The notes under the pieces were generated by a model. That model had not been told where the DNA came from. It was given only the letters and a program-made list of their open reading frames with translations, and made no database searches. Position numbers and translations under genes: made by a program. From Acidobacteriota bacterium (lineage in GTDB: Bacteria > Acidobacteriota > UBA890 > WLXD01): a stretch of 64,000 bases of DNA. The stretch covers positions 64,001 through 128,000 of the forward strand of contig CBDFKD010000002.1 in NCBI GenBank assembly GCA_965248695.1. The letters run 5' to 3'. Positions 39,721 to 48,398 of the stretch are shown here, in pieces. Numbering within the stretch: the first letter of the stretch is position 1; the number at the start of each line of letters is the position of its first letter.

Positions 39721-40716
39721 TTACCCCGTTTCGGTGGACAGTTGAACGCTTGGATTTGAGGCCGTAGTCGTAGTGCTGTGGGAACTCGTGGGAGCCGCAG
39801 AGCGGCTTCCAAGTGGCGGTGCGGATCGCGGCGCGATCTGCATGGGTACGGCAGTTTCCACAGCCGGTGACGGGGTCTCGGAGTAGCTCCTCTCGTAGGC
39901 GATTGGGGATTGGTTTCCGAGCGCCGAGTGGCGCCGTCGTGGGTTGTAGAACCCCTCGATGAACTCGAACACGGCCATGCGGGCTTCGACCTGGCTCTTG
40001 AAGCTCTGCCGCCATAGCAGCTCCGTCTCTAGCGTCGCGAAGAAGCTCTCGGCCATGGCGTTGTCGTAGCAGTCGCGAGCTGATCCGGTCGAGGGACGTA
40101 CACCGAGCTGCTTGCAGCGGTGGCCGAAGGCGATCGAGGTGTATTGCGTGCCCTGATCAGAGTGGTGGATCACGCTCTCAGGTCGGCGTTGCCAGATCGC
40201 CATGTTGAGCGCCTCAAGCACCAGTTCGGTACGCAGGTGGTTGGCCATCGACCAGCCCACCACCCGCCGGCTGAAGGCATCCATCACCACCGCCAGGTAC
40301 AAGAACCCCGACCACGTAGAGACGTACGTGATGTCGGCAACCCACAGGCGATCGGGTGCACCGACCGCGAAGTCACGTTTCACCAGATCGGGCACCGGCT
40401 GCGCGTCAGTACCGCGGCGCGTCGTGCGCAGCCGACGGCGGCGGCTGACACCCTCCAGCCCCGCCTGGCTCATCAGCCGTGCCACGCGTTTGCGCCCCAC
40501 CCGAACGCCGTCGGCGGCCAGTTCCGCGTGTACCCGAGGCACGCCATAGGTCGCACGGCTAAGTCGATGGATCGTCTCGATCTGCTCACGCAGCTGTGCA
40601 TCCTGTCGTGCTCGCATACTGCTAGGGCGTTGTCGCCACGCGTAGTAGCCGCTGGTGGAGACCTCCAGCACTCGGCACATCGTGGCGATCGGATAGCAGG
40701 CCTGGTGAGCTCTCAC
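39721..40716 (-). CDS. IS3 transposase OrfB of element C
   Basis: WVADITY, HHSDQGTQY and DNAMAESFF motifs. Confidence 0.92.
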   Translation of the reverse strand: MRAHQACYPIATMCRVLEVSTSGYYAWRQRPSSMRARQDAQLREQIETIHRLSRATYGVPRVHAELAADGVRVGRKRVARLMSQAGLEGVSRRRRLRTTRRGTDAQPVPDLVKRDFAVGAPDRLWVADITYVSTWSGFLYLAVVMDAFSRRVVGWSMANHLRTELVLEALNMAIWQRRPESVIHHSDQGTQYTSIAFGHRCKQLGVRPSTGSARDCYDNAMAESFFATLETELLWRQSFKSQVEARMAVFEFIEGFYNPRRRHSALGNQSPIAYERSYSETPSPAVETAVPMQIAPRSAPPLGSRSAAPTSSHSTTTTASNPSVQLSTETG

Positions 40717-41027
40717 GAACCCGAAGACTTCTTGGGTACTGCGCCGGTCTCCCGAGCGAACCAGGCCGCGGCTTTTGCCAGGATCTCCCGCTCCGTCTTC
40801 AACTGGCGGTTTTCCCGGCGTAGCCGCCGTAGTTCTTCCTTGTCCTGGCTACTCAGGCCAGCCGCGCTAAGCCCGTCATCTCGATCCGCCTGCTTGATCC
40901 ATGTACGGATCGTCCAGTACGAGGGCTCGAACTCCTCGGCGAGCTCCTGCACGCTGCGTCCTGCCCGCGCTAGCTCGACGATCTGCCGACGAAACTCCGG
41001 CGGATAAGGCGGTCGTGTTCTTCGCAT
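40713..41027 (-). CDS. IS3 transposase OrfA of element C
   Basis: YPPEFR...ELRRLRRENRQLKTEREILAKAAAWFA. Confidence 0.92.
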   Translation of the reverse strand: MRRTRPPYPPEFRRQIVELARAGRSVQELAEEFEPSYWTIRTWIKQADRDDGLSAAGLSSQDKEELRRLRRENRQLKTEREILAKAAAWFARETGAVPKKSSGS

Positions 41028-41186
41028 CGCAGACTCCTTTGGCGTTAGCCATAAGGTGTCCACGGAAGCGGGTCAACTCCAACTGCTGCGTCGAGCGCAC
41101 CTGGCCCAGTACTCTGCAGGCTCGCCTCTCGGACACACCCAACGACTGCTGTGCGTGGTGCACTGCCCGGCTCCGTCGTGCCGGGC

Positions 41187-41465
41187 TCAGAAGTTTCCCG
41201 ACGAAACCTCTTTGAGGATGGCGTTGTCGAGCATCGTCTCCGCCAGCAACTTCTTGAGCCGGCCGTTTTCCCGCTCCAGCTCCTTGAGTCGCCGTGCCTG
41301 ATCCACCCTCAGTCCACCGTACTCCTTGCGCCACCGGTAATACGTGTTCTCGCTGATTCCCAGCTTGCGGCATGCCTCCGGTGTCTTGGCCCCTTTCGCT
41401 AGCTCGATCTCTGCCTCCCTGAGCTTGGCGATGATCTGCTCTACAGTGTACCGCTTCCGCGCCAT
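41187..41465 (-). CDS. IS3 transposase OrfA of element A
   Basis: MARKRYTVEQIIAKLRE...TYYRWRKEYGG. Confidence 0.92.
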   Translation of the reverse strand: MARKRYTVEQIIAKLREAEIELAKGAKTPEACRKLGISENTYYRWRKEYGGLRVDQARRLKELERENGRLKKLLAETMLDNAILKEVSSGNF

Positions 41466-41542
41466 TCTTCCCCCTTCCCGAGCCATCCTGAGAGCCTCAA
41501 ATCCTAACTCTCAGACTGGCCCGATTATTGGGGGGCAGGTCA

Positions 41543-41780
41543 CGTAGGTCTCCGACAGGTTTGTGGTTGGCCCCCAATCCGTTTGTTCAGTCCATGCTCG
41601 GCTATGTGCGTGTTCGTGTGATCCGGGGTGGCTGCCACGAAGACCGGTAAGCGCTGGTGGGTAATACGATGGTTGGAGTGCAGCCATAACCGCTTGACTG
41701 GCACCTTCAACCTGAAACATGGAAGTCCCAGCCGCCACTAGAGAGCCATTGATAAAGTCTCTTCTCGTAATATTGCTCAA
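41543..41780 (-). pseudogene. N-terminal fragment of Tat-exported SpdH-like flavoprotein, truncated by IS A
   Basis: ITRRDFING...YYPPALTGLRGSHPGS.E.AH...ETY, cut just before the expected FAD-binding GxG motif; AGGAG RBS. Confidence 0.75.
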
Positions 41781-41816
41781 CTGGCTAACTCCTAGTTGGG
41801 CTTTCGTGGACCGATT

Positions 41817-43220
41817 GAGTTATTTGCAAATGTTGTGGATCGGTGGATTTGTTCAGGCGGCGTCTTCGCTAGCGATCAGGTGAACTCCATCGACGAATGT
41901 GGCGCCCTCGAGTACGAGGGCAGTGAGGTGAGGAGCGTTGATGCGGCGCCATCGTTGCTGTGCCATCTCCAGGAGCTTGAATGCCATCGTCAGCGCCTTG
42001 GTGCGTGAGCCGGCGCCCTTGGTGACGCGTTGTCTCAGGCGTACGGTGGCGAACGCCGACTCGATCGGGTTGGCCGTGCGCAGATGAACCCAGTGGTCGG
42101 CGGGGAAGTCGTAGAACGTCAGCAGCTTGTCGGAGTCGCGTTGCAACGACGCCACGGCCTTGGAGTACTTGGCGCCGTAGTCGGCTGCGAACCGCGCCAT
42201 GCCCTCCTGAGCATCCTCGCGCGTTGGCGCACCGATGATCTCGTGCAGCGCGCGCTTGGCTTTGGCCTGCAGCCGCCTCGGTAGCTTGTCGAGCACGTTG
42301 CCAAGCCGATGCACCCAGCATCGTTGCTCTCGAGTCTGGGGCCATACATCCCGCACCGCCGCCCAGAACCCCAGCGCCCCATCACCCACTGCCACGAGCG
42401 GCGCCCGCATGCCTCGACGCTTCAGCTCCCGGAGCACGAACGCCCAGCTCTCGGTGCTCTCTCGATACCCGTCCTCGACCGCGATGAGCTCCTTGGTTCC
42501 GTCCGGCAAAACGCCCAGGATCACCAGCGTGCACAGCCGATCATCCTCGAGTCGAATGTTGAAGTGCACACCGTCCGCCCACACGTATACGTACTGCTTG
42601 GTGGACAGATCCAGCTTCCGGAATGCCTCGTACTCCGTGCTCCAGGCGTTCGTCAGCCGGCAGATCGCCGATGCCGACAGCCCGCTGGCTTCCTGTCCCA
42701 GTAAGATCGGCAGCGCCTCCTTGAAGTCGCCCGTCGACAGGCCCCGCAGGTACAGCACCGGCAGCACCTCCGCCACCTTCGGCGAGCGCCGCATGTAGGG
42801 CGGCAGGATCCGACTGCTGAACCGCTGCCTCAGTCCCTGCTCGTCGAGCCGCTTGTCGTTGACCCGTGGCGCGGCTACTTGCACCGTCCCGCACCCCAAC
42901 GTGATCTTGCGTGCGCGAGCCCGACCGTTGCGTACCACTTGCCGACGGCCGGCTTCATCCAGTTGCCCGGCGTGGCTCTGGATATACTCCTGAACCTCCC
43001 ACTCCAGTGCTGTTGCCAGCATCTGCAGCGCGCCCTGCCGGGCGAGCTCATCGACGTCCAGTGTCAGCTGTCCTTCCTCCGCGTCCGATCCACCGATAAT
43101 CTTGAGCACGGGTGGCGTCTCCTTCCCGGCCTCCACAGCCGGCTGCTGGTTGTTGATGATCCCAGCGAAGGTTACGCCGCCTTTCTTTTTCCTCCCATCC
43201 ACAACTTCCGGTTATATCTC
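41817..43220 (-). mobile_element. IS256-family element
   Basis: Imperfect IRs GAGTTATTTGCAAATGTTGTGGAT / GAGATATAACCGGAAGTTGTGGAT; no target duplication visible. Confidence 0.85.
41853..43202 (-). CDS. IS256 family transposase (true start may be downstream)
   Basis: LYLRGLSTGDF, YVWADG, GDGALG, QRCWVH and LRTANPIES motifs. Confidence 0.93.
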   Translation of the reverse strand: MDGRKKKGGVTFAGIINNQQPAVEAGKETPPVLKIIGGSDAEEGQLTLDVDELARQGALQMLATALEWEVQEYIQSHAGQLDEAGRRQVVRNGRARARKITLGCGTVQVAAPRVNDKRLDEQGLRQRFSSRILPPYMRRSPKVAEVLPVLYLRGLSTGDFKEALPILLGQEASGLSASAICRLTNAWSTEYEAFRKLDLSTKQYVYVWADGVHFNIRLEDDRLCTLVILGVLPDGTKELIAVEDGYRESTESWAFVLRELKRRGMRAPLVAVGDGALGFWAAVRDVWPQTREQRCWVHRLGNVLDKLPRRLQAKAKRALHEIIGAPTREDAQEGMARFAADYGAKYSKAVASLQRDSDKLLTFYDFPADHWVHLRTANPIESAFATVRLRQRVTKGAGSRTKALTMAFKLLEMAQQRWRRINAPHLTALVLEGATFVDGVHLIASEDAA

Positions 43221-43344
43221 TTCGACGGCGACGGCATCCCTCTACCTGTTAGTACGCCAGGGCGCGGAAAGCGGTTTGCCGACCTGCTAAGGTGCTGGCC
43301 CTCTACTGTCCACGGGCGCGCAGCTCGGCAGGCCGGAGACCACG

Positions 43345-43842
43345 ATGAGGCAAGTGCTGGACCGTGCCGTGCTCCGTCGGTGCGCTGACCTGCTCCTGCC
43401 GACGGAGCTGTCGGCTCTGGAGCTGGACGCCGCGGTGGACGCGTTCTTGCGATGGGTACGCGGCTATCGTGCGGATGCCGATATGGATCACGGCTACGGC
43501 TTCACCCGCCTACGTGAGACCGACGCATCGCCCGCGGGCGGCTACGCCCGAGATCTCGAGGCGCTCGATGCCACGGCTCGGCGTGACCACGGCGGTGCCC
43601 TCGTGTCGCTCGACGATGAGACCTTGCTAGACCTCTTGAGCACAGCGATCGAGAGCGCCGTGCCGGAAGACGGCGGGATGTCGACACGGCCCGACGCCGG
43701 ACACGTCGTCGTGGGGCTGATGACGCATTTCTTCCGCAGTCCCGAGGCGGCGGATCGATGCTACGGAGTTCACATCCGCAGGGAGATCTGCCGCGGCCTG
43801 TTCACCGATCTCGATGGCCTCGAGCCACGGGCGAACGACTGA
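43345..43842 (+). CDS. Hypothetical partner of the GMC oxidoreductase (gluconate 2-dehydrogenase subunit 3-like); leader possibly lost
   Basis: TGATG overlap with the GMC gene; DHGYG and FFRSPEAADRCY segments. Confidence 0.55.
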   Translation: MRQVLDRAVLRRCADLLLPTELSALELDAAVDAFLRWVRGYRADADMDHGYGFTRLRETDASPAGGYARDLEALDATARRDHGGALVSLDDETLLDLLSTAIESAVPEDGGMSTRPDAGHVVVGLMTHFFRSPEAADRCYGVHIRREICRGLFTDLDGLEPRAND

Positions 43843-45425
43843 TGCGCGTGGTGCAGGCCGACGTTTGCGTTATCGGCGGTGGCATTACCGGTGCGATGAC
43901 AGCGGCGAAGTTGAGCCAGGAGACCGACGCCACGATCACCGTCGTTGAAGCCGGTTCGAAGCTGTTCGACCTCGAGAACCGGTTCGAGTATCGCCAGCGC
44001 AGCCTCGCCTACGGAGAGAACGCGTGGCCCGGCGACCACATTCCCGATCAGGCCGGCGAAGGCGTGATCTCGCGCACGATGGCCGTGGGCGGCTCGGCGC
44101 TGCACTGGGGCGGCGTGGTGCCGCGATTCTCGCGTGAGGACTTCGACGTCCGATCGCGCTACGGGGTCGGCTACGACTGGCCGATCAGCTTCGCTGACCT
44201 GGAGCCGTTCTACTGCGAGGGTGAGCGCCTGATGGGCGTGGCAGGCGAGCAAGGCAGCGCCGGTGAGGATCCGCGCTCGGAGCCCTACCCGATGCCGCCG
44301 CACCCGCTGAACTCCAACCTGCGGATCTACCGCGACTGGGCGGCTGCTGCTGAGATCCCCTTTTGGACCATGCCAGCGGCGAAGAACACCGAGCCGTACG
44401 ACGGGCGCATGATCTGCCAGCGCTGCGATACCTGCATCATCTGCCCGACCGGAGCCAAGTACTCGCCCGACTTCACGTTCAAGCGATTGCTCGACGACGG
44501 CGCCATTGATCTGGTGCCACGCACGCTTGTCCGCCGACTCGACGTGGACACCGACAGCACACGCATCACGCAGGCGCGAGGGGTCGACCGGGACAGCGGC
44601 GAAGAGCTGCGATTCGAGGCCGATGTGTTCGTGCTGGCGGCCGGCTACGCCTGGTCGCCACACCTGTTGCTGCTGTCGGCCAGCTCCAGATTTCCCGATG
44701 GTCTGGCCAACAGCTCCGGGTTACTGGGTCGACATATGGCAGGGCATCGTCCGGTAAGCGCGATGATCGAGATTCCGCATCGGGTCTACCCGGGTGTGAA
44801 CGGCTTCAACACCCTGCTCAGCCGCATGTTCATGCGGCCGCCGCTGGACGAGCCGTATGTGCGCCACGATCTGCGCATCTTCGAATCAACCTACCGACGC
44901 CAGCCGCGCCTGCGCGATGACGCCGGCCGTTTGCTGATCGGCGACGCCGTAATGCGGGACTGGCGAGCGCGCACCCAGGTCGGCACGGCGCGCCTACGCG
45001 CCTACTACGACGTGATCCCCTCGCCCGATAGTCGTCTGCAACTCGATCCGAGCAACACCAATGCCTGGGGCGATCCGATGCCCCGCATCGAGATGGCAGA
45101 TCACGACGACACCGTCAGGTTGCGTCAACACACGCAGGCACAGATCCACGAAGTGTTCGATCGCCTGGTGCAGGCGGGGCGTGGCAAGATCCTGACGACG
45201 AGCACCGGAGGCTTTCTGGATCACCCGTGCGGTGGTTGTCGGATGAGCGACGACCCGGCGACGGGCGTGACCGATCCTCATGGCCGCGCCTGGGACCACG
45301 ACAATCTGTTCGTCGCCGGGGCGCCGACGTGCGTCACCGCCGGCTGCACCAATGGCACCAACACCTTCGTGGCCCTGACGCTGCGAACAGCCGCTGAGAT
45401 CTCGCGCCAGCTGCGCTCGCACTGA
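43842..45425 (+). CDS. GMC family oxidoreductase
   Basis: VIGGGITG, VGGSALHWGG, CQRCDTC..CP, LANSSG, HPCGGCRM and HDNLFV motifs. Confidence 0.93.
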   Translation: MRVVQADVCVIGGGITGAMTAAKLSQETDATITVVEAGSKLFDLENRFEYRQRSLAYGENAWPGDHIPDQAGEGVISRTMAVGGSALHWGGVVPRFSREDFDVRSRYGVGYDWPISFADLEPFYCEGERLMGVAGEQGSAGEDPRSEPYPMPPHPLNSNLRIYRDWAAAAEIPFWTMPAAKNTEPYDGRMICQRCDTCIICPTGAKYSPDFTFKRLLDDGAIDLVPRTLVRRLDVDTDSTRITQARGVDRDSGEELRFEADVFVLAAGYAWSPHLLLLSASSRFPDGLANSSGLLGRHMAGHRPVSAMIEIPHRVYPGVNGFNTLLSRMFMRPPLDEPYVRHDLRIFESTYRRQPRLRDDAGRLLIGDAVMRDWRARTQVGTARLRAYYDVIPSPDSRLQLDPSNTNAWGDPMPRIEMADHDDTVRLRQHTQAQIHEVFDRLVQAGRGKILTTSTGGFLDHPCGGCRMSDDPATGVTDPHGRAWDHDNLFVAGAPTCVTAGCTNGTNTFVALTLRTAAEISRQLRSH

Positions 45426-45467
45426 CGAGACGACACCGTGAGATCGGCAAACCTCCGACGTGGCCGG

Positions 45468-47312
45468 CTAGCGGAGCCTCGACTCCAGCAAGACGTCGAT
45501 CTCCCGGATCGCGTGCAGAAGCGCGGCCTGCAATCGGTTGCGCTCACGCACCAGATCGACGAGCAGGAACCCGTAGCGTCGGCTGTCCACTTCGAGCCCG
45601 CCGAGCTCGCCTATCGGCGTCAGGCCGGGGAGCATGCCGACGCTCAACGCCGGGTCCGGGTGGAACGCTCCCGAGCGTGTGTGCATCACCCGGTGCAGCG
45701 GGCGCATGATGCGAACCAGAGCGCGATCGATCTCCACTCTCCGGAACCAGCGCCGCGCGCGCCAGGGCAGCAACGCCACCTCTTCGATCCGTGTCGCCAG
45801 CGCATCGCCGCGGGTGTTCAGGAGGCGGGCTGTCTCCAGGGTTCGCGACAGGTCGAACTCCATGCCGCTGATCTGCTCCAGCTCGGTCAGCTGCTCGACA
45901 ACGGCCGCGGTCTCGGCTCGGAGATCGAATGGCGGCACCTCGTCGGCGAGAAGCCGCGACAACGCCGCCGCGTACAGCTCGGCATCGAGCTCCAGAACAT
46001 CGAGGTCGATCTTGTCGCGGGTATCTTCAGCCGTATGCCACCACCAGTAGCCACCGTCCTCGGCCGACCGTGAGTGTCCGAACTGAAGCTGTGGCAGGCC
46101 GATCCCGTTGAACGCCTGATCCGAGTCGCGGCCCGGAAGCCCAATCCTGGGCTCGGATTGGGCCAGCTCGCGAACCATCTCGCTGCCGAACTCGGCAAGC
46201 GACCTACTGGCGCTGACGGAGAAATTCTGCGCGTCGATCTGCCCGATCCCATCGATGTTCATGTAGGCAATGGCGCGTGTCGACAGCTCTTCGAAATAGT
46301 GATCCGCGAACCACGCCGATCCGGCATAGCGGCCATTGCTGTGCCCCGGCCACCAGGCCACCACCAGACCACGGCGCAGGCTGTCACGCTCGGCCCAAAA
46401 GGCGCGCGCCAGCTCGACCATGGCAGCGTTCGAGGCACCCTCGTCGGTGGCGCCGTAGTACCAGGAATCAATGTGACCGCCGAGCAGAACATACGGTGCG
46501 TCGTCGAGGTCGGGCGGATCGATGCGAGCCACAACCAGCCGAAGCTCCCTCCATCCGGTCTGCGTCGCCGCATCGAGGCGCAGCATGGACCCACCGCCGG
46601 CGAGCTCCCGGAGGCGCTCTCCGTCGGAGGCGCGCACCTGCACCACCGGAAGGCTCGGGTCGCGGTGCGCGGAACGCCGCGAGGGCGTTCCCCAAACAGT
46701 GGTCGTGATGAGCTCGTTGAGACGCTCCTGGGGGTTGATGAAGACGGCGCCGGCAGCACCCATCTTCTGCAGCGCCCACGCTGCTTCCGGCATCGGCAAG
46801 CCGTCTACCAACGCGATCTTGCCCGCCAGATCGATAGCGTCGTGTGGCGCCAGCTCCAGTAGCTCACCGCTCGTCAGGTCGATGTTTGGCAGGTCGGCGA
46901 CCGCGCCGATATCCACCGCGATGGCCTCTAGGCCTTCCACCGACCCGGAGTAGGCCGCCGTGATGGCCTCGGGCTCGAAACCTACAGCCGGAACGCTGAC
47001 GGAGGCCGATACCGGATCGCTGACGTAGGCCCAGAACGCCTGCACCTCCGCCGGTACGCCAGAGCCACGTAGCGTGTCAACGATGTGATCGATGGCCGCG
47101 TTCTCGCCCAGGCTGCCGGAAGGCCGCGGGTGTACGACGATGGCGTTCACCTGGGCGCGCAGACCGGCGGCGTCAATTCGGGAACGCACGCGGGTCGCCA
47201 GCGACGCGTCATCGTCCTGACCGTGGGCACCGCCGACAAGCGCGACGGCGATTCCGACAGTACTGACAACGAGAGTCATGGGGCGAATGGACACGCTGAA
47301 TCTCCGGCTCAT
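45468..47312 (-). CDS. M28 family peptidase with PA domain, secreted
   Basis: GGHIDSW, GATD, WWPGHSNGRY, YMNID and WWWHTAED motifs. Confidence 0.88.
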   Translation of the reverse strand: MSRRFSVSIRPMTLVVSTVGIAVALVGGAHGQDDDASLATRVRSRIDAAGLRAQVNAIVVHPRPSGSLGENAAIDHIVDTLRGSGVPAEVQAFWAYVSDPVSASVSVPAVGFEPEAITAAYSGSVEGLEAIAVDIGAVADLPNIDLTSGELLELAPHDAIDLAGKIALVDGLPMPEAAWALQKMGAAGAVFINPQERLNELITTTVWGTPSRRSAHRDPSLPVVQVRASDGERLRELAGGGSMLRLDAATQTGWRELRLVVARIDPPDLDDAPYVLLGGHIDSWYYGATDEGASNAAMVELARAFWAERDSLRRGLVVAWWPGHSNGRYAGSAWFADHYFEELSTRAIAYMNIDGIGQIDAQNFSVSASRSLAEFGSEMVRELAQSEPRIGLPGRDSDQAFNGIGLPQLQFGHSRSAEDGGYWWWHTAEDTRDKIDLDVLELDAELYAAALSRLLADEVPPFDLRAETAAVVEQLTELEQISGMEFDLSRTLETARLLNTRGDALATRIEEVALLPWRARRWFRRVEIDRALVRIMRPLHRVMHTRSGAFHPDPALSVGMLPGLTPIGELGGLEVDSRRYGFLLVDLVRERNRLQAALLHAIREIDVLLESRLR

Positions 47313-47319
47313 CCGCCAA

Positions 47320-48252
47320 TCAGGGTGTGATGTCGGGACGATAGCTGGTCAAGAATTCGAGAATCGGGGTCGCCGCGGTGATGTCGGCGGCCTCGAATCG
47401 TACCGCGTGTGCGTCGGCGCGTTCGAACAACGGCAGGAAGGCCAGGAGCTGACTCGGCCGGTAGTTCTTGAACCGAACGGTCACCGTTACCGGCGTGCTG
47501 ACCTGATACGGCTCGATCTGATCAAGACGGCGCACGCCGCGCTCGACGGCGTCGCGGATCACCGCCTGCCCAGCCGCGGGCGTCAACGTGGTGGCGGAGT
47601 GGAACGAATGCGACCACTTGACCACCGCCGCCTCGAACCCGTCCCCGAGGGTCTCTCGTGCTTCTGCAATGGTAGCGTCGTCGCCCGAGATCGCGATCAC
47701 CGGCACGCCCAGATGACCGGCGACGGCCGCGTTCCACACGGTCTCGTTTGCAGCGCGATCGTTGATCCGTACAGCGGCGAGGGTGGCGCTCGAGTTAGTG
47801 TGGGCGCGAACCCCTTCCGGGTTGGTCGTGCCGCTGTGGTAGCCGATAAACACAGCGCCACCGAACGTGCTGTCGAGCCCGTGCATCATGCCTAGCCGAC
47901 GCGGCCAAGAGCGCACGACCTTGACATCATCCGGCAACTCGTCGATCAACAGGTTCTCGCCATTGCCATGCGCGTCGGCCACCAGAATCTCGCCTGCGCC
48001 TGCGGCACGCGCGCCTTCTATGGCAGCCAGAACCTCCTGGGTCATGAAACGGCGGAAGCGCTCGTACTCGAATCCCTCCGGCCCCAGCTGCTGGTCAGTA
48101 ACGACACCGGTCACGCCTTCGAGGTCGGCCGATATGTAGATTTTCGGTCCCTGCGAACCGGCAGCCGGGGCAGCAGCCTGAGCGATTGTCGGCAGGATGG
48201 CGGTCAGCGCCAACAAGGCGCCCGTGGCGACGAACGGCGACAGGTCGTACAT
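47320..48252 (-). CDS. M55 family D-aminopeptidase (DppA-like) with signal peptide
   Basis: KIYISADLEG, ADAHG, FIGYH, AHT, NE and ISGD motifs; GAGGAG RBS. Confidence 0.9.
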   Translation of the reverse strand: MYDLSPFVATGALLALTAILPTIAQAAAPAAGSQGPKIYISADLEGVTGVVTDQQLGPEGFEYERFRRFMTQEVLAAIEGARAAGAGEILVADAHGNGENLLIDELPDDVKVVRSWPRRLGMMHGLDSTFGGAVFIGYHSGTTNPEGVRAHTNSSATLAAVRINDRAANETVWNAAVAGHLGVPVIAISGDDATIAEARETLGDGFEAAVVKWSHSFHSATTLTPAAGQAVIRDAVERGVRRLDQIEPYQVSTPVTVTVRFKNYRPSQLLAFLPLFERADAHAVRFEAADITAATPILEFLTSYRPDITP

Positions 48253-48398
48253 GACTGACTCCTCGGTGAGCATGTTGGCTGGACATTCGCTCTCCAACGG
48301 CCCGCCTCGCGGCGCACAGTCTCGTTTGCTACGGTGAATCTGTGCTTGATTCATGATCCGCGCCCTCGCCGCGGCACTCGGGAGACCCTAAGTAGACC

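Larger units (their letters stand above)
39716..41081 (-). mobile_element. IS3-family element C, intact, 1366 bp
   Basis: IRs TGGAGTTACCCCGTTTCGGTGGACA / TGGAGTTGACCCGCTTCCGTGGACA; 4-bp duplication ACTG. Confidence 0.95.
38902..41542 (-). mobile_element. IS3-family (IS407-group-like) element A interrupted by element C
   Basis: IRs TGACCTGCCCC...GGGCCA; orfA 41187-41465; orfB split at 39715/41082; flanks TCGA vs CGTA do not match. Confidence 0.92.
28992..43290. mobile_element. Decayed genomic island 3 (right boundary approximate; no distal att or integrase seen)
   Basis: Begins at att copy 3; atypical codon usage, gene fragments, multiple IS; backbone style resumes near 43.3 kb. Confidence 0.55.
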
